Of a stretch of 64,000 nucleotides of DNA, positions 57,401 to 64,000 are shown in pieces. The notes under the pieces were generated by a model. That model was not told the DNA's origin, searched no databases, and saw only the letters and a program-made list of their open reading frames with translations. Numbering within the stretch: the stretch's first letter is position 1; each line of letters begins with the position of its first letter. A program made the translations under genes and the position numbers. Source of the DNA: Candidatus Eiseniibacteriota bacterium (GTDB taxonomy: Bacteria > Eisenbacteria > RBG-16-71-46); assembly GCA_038231135.1 (NCBI GenBank), contig JBBRLX010000005.1:64001-128000 (forward strand). The letters are read 5' to 3'.

Positions 57401-59068
57401 ATGGTGCGGCTCAAGGACGACAAGGTGACCTCGCTCACCGATCCCACGAACGAGGCGTACGCGCACCACGTGTCGTGCCGCAACCTGCAGCGTCCGGGCT
57501 GGGCCTACGTCACCTACTTCACCGAGCCCGGCAAGCGGTTCAGCAGCGAGATCGTGGCGGTGAAGCTCGACGGCAGCAAGTCGGTGCAGCGGTTCGCCCA
57601 GACCCACACCGACTTCAACGGCTGCTATCGCTGCGAGGCGCACGCTGTGCCGTCGCCCGACGGCCGGCGGGTGATGTGGGCCAGCAACTGGATGCTGTCG
57701 TGCGCGACGTGCGGCACCAAGAGCGACATCAAGGCGTACGTCGCGGATGCCCGCGCGCTGGCGACACCGGACATGCAGCCCATGGCGCCCTATGTCGTGC
57801 AGGCGGACGCGTCGGGCTCGACGGACGCCGACGGGAACGTGGCGTCCTACCGGTTCGACTTCGGCGACGGCGTGACCGCCGGGCCGCAGGCGGCGCCAAC
57901 CGCGCCCCATACCTATCGCGCCGGGCGCTGGACGCTCAAGACGACGATCACCGACAACGACGGCGCGTCGAGCACCAGTGCCATGCAGGTCGCGGTGGCC
58001 GACACCGTGAACCATCGCCCGGTGGCGGCCCTCGTCATGACGCCGCCGGCCGGGCTCGCGCCGCTGGCCGTGGTGGCGGACGCGTCCGGGTCCCGCGATC
58101 TCGAGGGTCCGATCGCGTCCTATCACTTCGACTTCGGCGACGGCACGTCGCTCGACGCCACGACGCCCACCGCGGCCCACCTCTACCCGCCTGGCGGGTG
58201 GCTGGCGAGGGTCATCGTCGTCGACGCGCAAGGGGCGGCCGACACGGCGGAGGCCGAGGTGGTGTCGAGCCCCGCCATTCGCGATTCCACGAGTTCCAAC
58301 CTGGTCGCCAATCCGTCATTCGTGACGGATCTCAGGGGCTGGGCCGGCTACGGCGGCGGCACGCTCACCCGCGAGTCCGGCGGCAGGACCGGTTCCTATG
58401 CGGCGCGCATCCAGGGCCCGCTCACGTATGCGGTGTTCGGGATCAACGACAGCCCGAACTGGGTCATGAAGGTGCCGGCCGCCGGCACGCGCTACCACAT
58501 CTCGGCCTGGGTGCATTCCGCGCTCACGGCGGGGAGATGCCGGCTGCAGGTGCGCGAGTGGCTGAACGGTGTGCAGCAGGGCGACGCCGTGTTCTCACCC
58601 TACGTGCGCCTCGGCACGGCGTGGCAGCAGGTGCTGGTCGACCTGCTCGCGTTCAACGTCGGCAGCACGATTGACGTGCAGGTGCTCGACGAGCCCGTGC
58701 TCGGCAGCGAGGCGTTCTTCGTCGACGACGTGTCGATCGCGCTGACCAAGTCGTCGCCGACGCTCGACTACACCGAGAGCGCCGACCCGGTCTGGTATGC
58801 CCCGCGCATGGCACCGAATCCGATGTTCCGCCGCGGCGAGCTGCAGTTCGTGACGGCCCGGGCGGGCGCGCTCCACGTGGCGGTGTTCGACGTCACCGGC
58901 CGCCGCGTGCGGGTGCTCGCGGACGATCCGTTCGTGTCCGCGGGGGAGCATACGCTGCCGTTCGACGCCCACGACCCGCAGGGGCCGCTGATGCCCGCCG
59001 GGCTGTACTACTACCGGATTGACGGCGCCGACGGACGCACCACCGGGAGATTCGTGCTGGCGCGGTGA
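54416..59068 (+). CDS. Large secreted protein: beta-helix, PKD domains, Cys-rich propeller-like domain, CBM4/9-like domain, T9SS/FlgD-like C-terminal domain
   Basis: YWVDGANP.ASNSNPGT; four PKD-like units (DASGS.D.DG.I.SY.FDFGDG); central domain shared with 60050-61480; NLVANPSF; C-terminal PNP...VFDVTGR...AGLYYYR. Confidence 0.85.
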   Translation: MPGLLRLAGALVLAVTIVSTAGAGTYWVDGANPLASNSNPGTLLAPYKTIDGALSARAGSGTTINVKPGIYREQVEPQAGGSSSASLLIHATGGTVVVDGADDFGRTSAWVLYSGDVWLAPTVTWSPKQVFLDGGRLAASTAAVASLPVRSFRYVSGQGLYVQAGGGSPGAHALLVGRRAYGFRVQGKPWITIEGFTVSHAEDSGIYAVSGAANDVMRSDTLLYNARYGASVSTSEHVTIGPGLALGNGEHGVHISDVSSGTVQDFESASNGLASGPDAAGICLYTAANIIVQRCRVHHNVDEGMFYQSQSNAVQSLQNRSWANGGDGFSHITSSGTKHVGDVSWANGGRGFSYQGSTGAQMYDCIGGVDKGTDLWVDIDSLDGFGSSDNLWWNPTASTIVTWGYKNYGRVSDFSHSTGLEARSIQDDPYFVDDLAGDFRLAEGSPAIDSGNSSVLGWPATDAAGQARVDDAGTANSGRGLSLFADRGALEFAPAGTPPVVRLALSPVAGPPPLLVTADASGTTDPDGSIVSYRFDLGDGTRTAAQSSPVTSRSYGEGNWRITVRATDNKGTVSARSAAVLATLPPVAALVATANGSKEPLLETFDASGSSDADGRAAAYQFAYGDGSASSVQASPYSSHVYKMGTWTVTVTVTDNLGATSTASTIITVNPPNLAPLALLRLIAPYSTGFRTIPTSASKVFPEAVVSKPAYLVPAVDATFGTTVTRITGNTGTAVNTALGPGSWSIDARQHYAKDEPWNSDGTLISIDNDGGSPTRIYLDAETYKVRREICGEHRFGDDRWHPSLAHPHERISCSGDELAWIDVVSCVKTRSWPMPFLVNGIGASEGNPSDDGRYVALFDNTRVFVVDMDPQAPLALYPNSRIGPAFPLTNCGLSDCSVDWVSISPSGKYVVIKYIGEHMRVLDVDPATLALSPRVMPASSPRCYGTAAQGYVYDLGHLDMARNPFDNNEDVMVGQEHCSNRGLVFNGQLMGGVTMVRLKDDKVTSLTDPTNEAYAHHVSCRNLQRPGWAYVTYFTEPGKRFSSEIVAVKLDGSKSVQRFAQTHTDFNGCYRCEAHAVPSPDGRRVMWASNWMLSCATCGTKSDIKAYVADARALATPDMQPMAPYVVQADASGSTDADGNVASYRFDFGDGVTAGPQAAPTAPHTYRAGRWTLKTTITDNDGASSTSAMQVAVADTVNHRPVAALVMTPPAGLAPLAVVADASGSRDLEGPIASYHFDFGDGTSLDATTPTAAHLYPPGGWLARVIVVDAQGAADTAEAEVVSSPAIRDSTSSNLVANPSFVTDLRGWAGYGGGTLTRESGGRTGSYAARIQGPLTYAVFGINDSPNWVMKVPAAGTRYHISAWVHSALTAGRCRLQVREWLNGVQQGDAVFSPYVRLGTAWQQVLVDLLAFNVGSTIDVQVLDEPVLGSEAFFVDDVSIALTKSSPTLDYTESADPVWYAPRMAPNPMFRRGELQFVTARAGALHVAVFDVTGRRVRVLADDPFVSAGEHTLPFDAHDPQGPLMPAGLYYYRIDGADGRTTGRFVLAR

Positions 59069-59103
59069 GACGGACGGTTCCAGCTGGCTCCCACGGGGCC
59101 GGA

Positions 59104-59112
59104 TGGTAGAAT
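59104..59112 (+). promoter_or_regulatory. Possible extended -10 element
   Basis: TG-G-TAGAAT upstream of the P-loop gene. Confidence 0.35.
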
Positions 59113-59236
59113 GGCAGTCACACGACCGGCGGTCCGCTGCCACGGTCCCCAACGCCGGGCGCGGGGCCCTGGTGGCCCCTGATTCCGCCGCCACGTGACG
59201 CACGGCACGTGCAGACCCCTCTCGCGGGCGGATTCC

Positions 59237-60003
59237 ATGCGACGGATCGAATTCACCGGTTGCACCGGCGTCGGCAAGACGCGACTCACGGGCGCTGTCC
59301 GGCGTGAGATGGAACGCCGCGGGGTCGCGGTATGGTCTCCGTTCGAGGTGGCGTTCGGCCGTCGCGCCGGGCGCTGGGTCGCGAAGGACTCGGCGCGCAA
59401 TCTCGCGCTCGACGTCGTTCTGCTGCCGTTGGGAACGGCGTTCTGTCTGCGCCGCCCGCGACTCGCGTGGCTCCTGTTCACCTGCCTGATGCGACACCGG
59501 TCGGATCCCGGCCGGACGCTGGCGAGGGCGCGCGGCGTGCTGGGCAAGCTCGGCACTCACGTGCTGCTGCGGTTGAACGGACGCCGGCAGGTTACGTGCT
59601 CGTCGACGAGGGGCTCGCGCACACACTGCACCACGTGCTCGTGTGGGATCCGGCTCCGTTACGACCGGGCGTGGTGGACCGGTTCGGCGATCTGGTGCCG
59701 CTCGAGGGTCATCTGGTGTTCGTGCGGTCACCGCTCGACACGATTCTCGATCGCACGCGCCGGCGCGCCGACCCGCCGCAGCCGGGGGCCGCCCCCATGG
59801 CGATGGCGGCGTTTGCGGCCCGCGCGATCGATGTGTTCGCCCGGCTCGAGCGGCACGAGCGCGTCGCCGTCCGCAGGCTCGTGGTGCACCCGGCGGAGGG
59901 CGCGAGCGGAATCGAGCACGCGGCAGTGCAACTCGTCGATGTCCTGTGCGTCGCGGAGCCACGGGCCCGCGTCCACGGGGCCTCATCCGCCGCTGGCCGG
60001 TGA
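59237..60003 (+). pseudogene. P-loop kinase-like (nucleotide-kinase-type) gene split by a single frameshift; pseudogene or sequence error
   Basis: Frame A: MRRIEFTGCTGVGKT...VLLRL. Frame B continues ERTPAGYVLVDEG...LVFVRSP...ILDR. One extra G at 59575 joins them. Confidence 0.7.
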
Positions 60004-60049
60004 TCGGCACCGCCGGCGGGCCACGCGGTCACGCCGTGGCGACTCCCGC

Positions 60050-61480
60050 CTACTGGTAGATCTGCAGGTCCGTGATCGCCGACGGCGGGATCGTGTCGCT
60101 GCCGTTCACGAGCGCGCGGGCGTCGGTGATGTAGGGCTTCACGTCGGAGGTGGTGCCGCAGTTCAGACAGCTCCTGCTCCACGTGCTGTCCCACAGGATC
60201 CGGCGGCCGTCGGGCGATGGTACCGCGTGAGCCTCGCCGGTGTAGGCGCCGATGTCGGTGTGCGTGTGGGCGAACCGCTGCACCTGGTGACTGCCGTCCA
60301 TCTTCACGGCCAGGATCTCATCCGTGTACTTGTCGCCGGGATGGTCGTACCGATACCCGACGTAGACCCACCCCGGGCGATCGTAGTTGCGCGCCGAGAC
60401 GTGATGCGGATTGTCCTCGTTCGCCGGATCGGTGAGCGACGTCACCGCGCCGTCCCTGAGCCGCACCATCGCGACACCGCCCATGAGCTGACCGTTCAGG
60501 ACCTTGCCATGGTTTCCGCAGTGTTCCTGGCCCACCAGTACGTCCTCGTTGTTGTCGAACGGATTGAGCGTGAGATCGGCGTGGCCGAGATCGTAGACAT
60601 AGCCCTTCGCGGGGTCGCCGCCCGAGCAGCGCGGCGCGTTCGCCGGCTCCGGCCGGGGCGTGAGCACCAGCGTCGCGGGATCCACGTCGAACACGCGCGG
60701 ATGGTCGCCCATGTAGCTCACGACCGCGTACCTGCCGGACGCCGAGATCGACACCCAGTCCAGCGTGCAGCCGCCGGCGAGGCCGCACTCATTGATGCTC
60801 ACGGCGGGACCGATCCGCGAGTTGGGATACGGCGCGAACGGCGGCTGGGGATCCATGTCGACCACGAACATCCGCGTGTCGTCGGTGAGCAGGGCATAAC
60901 GCCCGTCGTGCGACATGTTGCCCTCGCTGGGGCCGAAGAAGTCCACCGCGAACGGCAGTGTCCAGGTCCGGGTCTTCACGCAGTTCACCACGTCGAACCA
61001 CATCAGCTCCGTGTGGTTCACGTTGATGCGCTCGTGCGGATGGGCGGGACTGGGATGCCAGCGATCGTCGCTGTGGCTGTAGTTCGAGCACTTGGCATAC
61101 TTGGGCTGATACGTCTGGCCATCGAGCACGATGAAGTCGCCGCCGTTGTCGAGGACGAGCAGGCTCTCGTCCGAGTTCCACGGCTGATCCTTGGAGTAAT
61201 GATCCCGCACCACGCTTGCCCAGGTGCCCGGGACGCCGTTGCCGATCGGGGTTCCGGTGTTGCCGCCGACCCGGGTCACCTTGGTGCCGAACGTCGGCTC
61301 GACGGTGGGGGTGAATCCGAGCGGCTTGGCGGTCAGTGGTTCCGCGAGAATCTTCGCGGAATCCGTGACCATGGTCTGGAACCCGGGATAGTTGGTGGCG
61401 TGCGCGGGCGCGGCACACAGCAGCGCCAGCAGCGGGCTCATCGCGATCCGCGCCAGGATCGTGCGCCGGGAGACCGTCAT
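60050..61480 (-). CDS. Secreted stand-alone Cys-rich propeller-like protein, paralog of the central domain of 54416-59068
   Basis: Signal peptide with SRRTIL and AHA; shared motifs HYSKDQPWNSD, DDRWHPS.AHPHERI, NPFDNNEDV.VGQEHC, EAHAVPSPDGRR; C-terminus DTIPPSAITDLQIYQ. Confidence 0.85.
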   Translation of the reverse strand: MTVSRRTILARIAMSPLLALLCAAPAHATNYPGFQTMVTDSAKILAEPLTAKPLGFTPTVEPTFGTKVTRVGGNTGTPIGNGVPGTWASVVRDHYSKDQPWNSDESLLVLDNGGDFIVLDGQTYQPKYAKCSNYSHSDDRWHPSPAHPHERINVNHTELMWFDVVNCVKTRTWTLPFAVDFFGPSEGNMSHDGRYALLTDDTRMFVVDMDPQPPFAPYPNSRIGPAVSINECGLAGGCTLDWVSISASGRYAVVSYMGDHPRVFDVDPATLVLTPRPEPANAPRCSGGDPAKGYVYDLGHADLTLNPFDNNEDVLVGQEHCGNHGKVLNGQLMGGVAMVRLRDGAVTSLTDPANEDNPHHVSARNYDRPGWVYVGYRYDHPGDKYTDEILAVKMDGSHQVQRFAHTHTDIGAYTGEAHAVPSPDGRRILWDSTWSRSCLNCGTTSDVKPYITDARALVNGSDTIPPSAITDLQIYQ

Positions 61481-62793
61481 CGCACCCTCAGGGTCGTCGT
61501 GGTGGCGGGCTTCACGGCGTCCACGACCGAGCCGCCCGCGGACTGAATGACGAAGCTGTCGAGCGCGGTGTTGACCGTGCAGCTCATGTCGTCGTCCGCG
61601 GCGGCGGGGCCGCACAGTTCGGCGCCCTCGATGGTGCCGGCCGTGATGTGCAGGCGCAGCGCCCCGTGGTGGAACGCGCGGAACGCGGTGAACGCCGGGG
61701 GCGGACAGCCGCCGAGCCACTCGCACGCGCTGGTGCCGTCGGTCTCGTGCGACGCGCCGCCTTCGCCGTTCGTGATGTGGACGACGCCGCTCTCCGGGAT
61801 CGTGCGTTCGTAGTTGTGGCTGTGGCCGCACAGGTTGAGCTGGTACTTGGGATGCTTGGCGCCGAGCGCGCCCATGTAGCCGGCGAGCGTGTTGTCGCCG
61901 GGATGATGGCCCGACGAGTACGCGGGGCGATGACCGTACGTCACGATGAACGTGATCTGCGGGTCGGAATCCACCTGCGTCATCAGCGAGTCCGCGCTCT
62001 TCTGCCACGCCGGCCAGGCGCCGCTGAACGGCTCGGGGAACGCGATGAACCGCACGTTGCCGTAGTCGAACCAGTACCAATCCTCGCCGGCGCCGCCGAG
62101 CGCCGGCGCGCCCACGGCGCTGCGCGGGTTCGGAAAATCGAACCGGCCCTTGTAATTCCTGAAGTCGTCCGTGCTCGCGTCCCACTCGTGATTGCCCCAC
62201 CCCGGCATGTACGCCGCGTCGCGGGCCCACGCCATCATGTCGTTGAAGTGCTGGTCCACGTGCGACTGCCCGTGGGCGTTGCCATAGGTGAGGTCGCCCG
62301 CGAGGATCGCGAACTGCGGCTGCTGGCTCGCGATCATGCGCTGCACCGGCCCGATCCAGGTCGGATACGACGTCGAGTCGCCGATGTCGCCCTCGACGCA
62401 GATCACGAAGTCGGACGAGCCGCGCGGAATCATGGTGCGGAACGTGTGGTCCGGGCTGCTGCCGATCTTGTAGTGATAGAGGGTATTCGGCGCGAGGCCT
62501 GTGAGGCGCGCCTCCCAGAATGGTCCCGCGGACGAATACGGCAGCGGGCTGGGTGTCACGGCGGTCGTCGAGCTGCCGTAGGCGGTGGTGGTGCCGTACT
62601 GGATCACGCTCTCGGCGCCGCGCCAGTCGAACGACACCGCGGTGGGGCTGATGAACGTCCAGTGGATCTCGTCGGCGGCCCGGGAGACTGCCGGCGCCAC
62701 GAGGCTGCCGGCCAGCGCGAGCGCGACTGCGCCGGGCTGGAACTTCAGATATCGATGCCATGCCTGGGTATGGACGGCATTGCGGTCGAACAC
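61477..62793 (-). CDS. Secreted purple-acid-phosphatase-like metallophosphoesterase
   Basis: N-terminal FN3-like domain (LTGLAPNTLYHYKIG); all five motifs GDIG, GDLTY, GNHE, YGH, GHSH. GGAG-N6-GTG start inferred. Confidence 0.88.
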   Translation of the reverse strand: MFDRNAVHTQAWHRYLKFQPGAVALALAGSLVAPAVSRAADEIHWTFISPTAVSFDWRGAESVIQYGTTTAYGSSTTAVTPSPLPYSSAGPFWEARLTGLAPNTLYHYKIGSSPDHTFRTMIPRGSSDFVICVEGDIGDSTSYPTWIGPVQRMIASQQPQFAILAGDLTYGNAHGQSHVDQHFNDMMAWARDAAYMPGWGNHEWDASTDDFRNYKGRFDFPNPRSAVGAPALGGAGEDWYWFDYGNVRFIAFPEPFSGAWPAWQKSADSLMTQVDSDPQITFIVTYGHRPAYSSGHHPGDNTLAGYMGALGAKHPKYQLNLCGHSHNYERTIPESGVVHITNGEGGASHETDGTSACEWLGGCPPPAFTAFRAFHHGALRLHITAGTIEGAELCGPAAADDDMSCTVNTALDSFVIQSAGGSVVDAVKPATTTTLRVR

Positions 62794-62900
62794 GGGACGC
62801 TCCGATGAACGGGTAGGCGAGACAGGCGAAGGGGCCACCCGTATTGCAGGTCTGGGGCCTTCCCCTCACCCGGAGCGCCATGGGATGTAATCGCTGTCAC

Positions 62901-62916
62901 CGCAATGCATTTGCCG
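62901..62916 (-). promoter_or_regulatory. Putative sigma54 promoter for the phosphoesterase/propeller operon
   Basis: Minus strand CGGCAAATGCATTGCG with exact GG-N10-GC spacing, about 110 nt upstream of the inferred start. Confidence 0.5.
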
Positions 62917-63225
62917 ATCCGCGCGGGTTCGGAAATCTGGGCCGGGGCCGTGATTCCCGCGCAGTTCGCACGGCTTCCGGTTGCATGGCGCAACGCCCGG
63001 CACCCGGGCTGGGCCCGGTCCTTAGCCTCCGTCCGGCCTCGAGCTCCCGATGCATTTCGAACGGCGCGTCGTTGCAGGCCGCACGATGTTCCGGGCCGTG
63101 CGATCGCCACGGTATTCGAATATCTCCGCGACAATGCGGGCATCGCGCGGCCAATCGAGGCGATTGATTCGCAGGCATTCCTCTTGCCACTCCGGCCGCG
63201 GTCCAGTCCGTCTGGAGGTACCCCG

Positions 63226-63753
63226 ATGCGTTCCAGCCGCCCGATACCCAGCATTGCAGCCCGCCTCGCGCGTGCACGCCCGTGGCGGCCGCTGCTCGTG
63301 CTGTCGCTCGGCTTCGCGGGGAACTCGTACTTCGCAGCGACGGCCCGCGCCCAGGCCACGGCGCTCGATTCGACGGCGACGGTGACGTGGACCGCGCCCG
63401 GCGACGATGGCGTCACGGGGCGCGCATCCCGGTACGAGCTCAGGATGCGCAATGCCGCGATCGCCGGCACCGATACGCTGTCGTGGTGGAACGCGGCCAC
63501 GGGGGTGCCGGGCATGCCGTCACCGGGCGTGGCGGGCACCGTCGATTCCGTGCTCGTGCACGGGCTCGATCCCACCCACTCCTGGTGGTTCGTCCTCAGG
63601 ACGGCCGACGAGGTGCCGAACTGGTCGGGGTTCTCGAACGTGGCCGTGCGGGCCCCGTACGTCGACACCATCCCGCCCGCCGCGATCGTGGATCTCAGGC
63701 TGGCGGCCACGGCGGCGGCGCCCCCCGGCACGGCCCCGGCCCCCGCCCGCTGA
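63226..63753 (+). CDS. Small secreted single-FN3-domain protein with a C-terminal strand-A-like extension
   Basis: SD GGAGGT; signal peptide ending ARA-Q; VTWTAPGDDG, YELR, VHGLDP..SWWFVLRTADEVPNWSGFSN; then DTIPPAAIVDL. Confidence 0.8.
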   Translation: MRSSRPIPSIAARLARARPWRPLLVLSLGFAGNSYFAATARAQATALDSTATVTWTAPGDDGVTGRASRYELRMRNAAIAGTDTLSWWNAATGVPGMPSPGVAGTVDSVLVHGLDPTHSWWFVLRTADEVPNWSGFSNVAVRAPYVDTIPPAAIVDLRLAATAAAPPGTAPAPAR

Positions 63754-63789
63754 CCCTCGGGCGCTCCCGCGCCGCGCAAGTCCCGGCGG

Positions 63790-63819
63790 TTGACATATCC
63801 CCGCCCGGAGCCGGATTCT
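63790..63819 (+). promoter_or_regulatory. Possible sigma70 promoter
   Basis: Perfect TTGACA, N18, weak -10 GATTCT. Confidence 0.35.
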
Positions 63820-63888
63820 AGCGGGCAGCCGCTGCCCATGCGGTGTGCCGTGATGACCGCTGCGACCCCCCGCCAGGCTGGAGTTCGT

Positions 63889-64000
63889 GTGTATGAATCC
63901 GTCGTTGCCGCAGGACCGGGCGCCTGCATCCTGTGCGGCTCGTCCGGTGGGGCCATCGTGCTGCGCGAGCCCCCGTTCGTGGGCCGCGAATGTGACTGCG
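63889..64000 (+). CDS. 5' fragment of a gene with an N-terminal Cys cluster (possibly a zinc-ribbon SAM methyltransferase); runs off the window
   Basis: GGAG-N5-GTG; reads MYESVVAAGPGACILCGS...GRECDC. Product is a guess from the CxxC..CxC pattern. Confidence 0.45.
   Translation, partial: MYESVVAAGPGACILCGSSGGAIVLREPPFVGRECDC

Noticed and set aside
59195..61546. 783-aa ORF as a single protein
   Set aside because: Only the first ~125 codons look real; the rest is out of frame or antisense to the 60050-61480 gene.
60050..62881. 943-aa ORF as a fusion protein
   Set aside because: Its N-terminal half is a shadow frame of the phosphoesterase. The real start is ATG 61480, with a signal peptide and an ATGA overlap.
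63062..63076. Sigma54-like CGGCGC...TTGCA before the FN3 gene
   Set aside because: The spacing is 9 nt, not 10.

Overview
GC-rich bacterial DNA. Many secreted proteins end in a T9SS/FlgD-like C-terminal domain, which suggests an FCB-group lineage such as Ca. Eisenbacteria (inference only). 1-17.5 kb is mostly housekeeping: cyclodeaminase and PLP dehydratase, flavodoxin-like reductase, GT2, GT4, manC, SPOR lipoprotein, GlmU-like, galT-like, glgA, lysC, tRNA-Gly, folE, a TrxR-like oxidoreductase, a cupredoxin-like lipoprotein and a histidine kinase. A 2179-aa secreted protein (17.5-24.1 kb, minus strand) is divergent from a Wzx/Wzy-type polysaccharide locus (24.4-40.5 kb). That locus encodes a beta-barrel, a short OPX, a co-polymerase, a BY-kinase, an aminotransferase, a PGT-dehydratase fusion, a Wzy/WaaL-like protein, GT4, Wzx, an RtcB-like protein and a CDP-alcohol phosphotransferase. 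It is followed by three giant beta-helix/Ig surface proteins, a frameshifted P-loop gene, and a group of secreted proteins (60-63.8 kb). The three most striking observations: (1) a divergent RtcB (RNA ligase fold) with a remodelled active site sits between the flippase and the CDP-alcohol phosphotransferase; (2) a small FN3 protein lacks its first strand at the N-terminus but carries it at the C-terminus, and two neighbouring secreted proteins end in the same strand, suggesting a donor-strand assembly system; (3) the BY-kinase has a DUF4388-like domain with a tandem MshEN-type c-di-GMP motif inserted in its catalytic core. All calls come from reading motifs by eye; no database searches or structure predictions were run.
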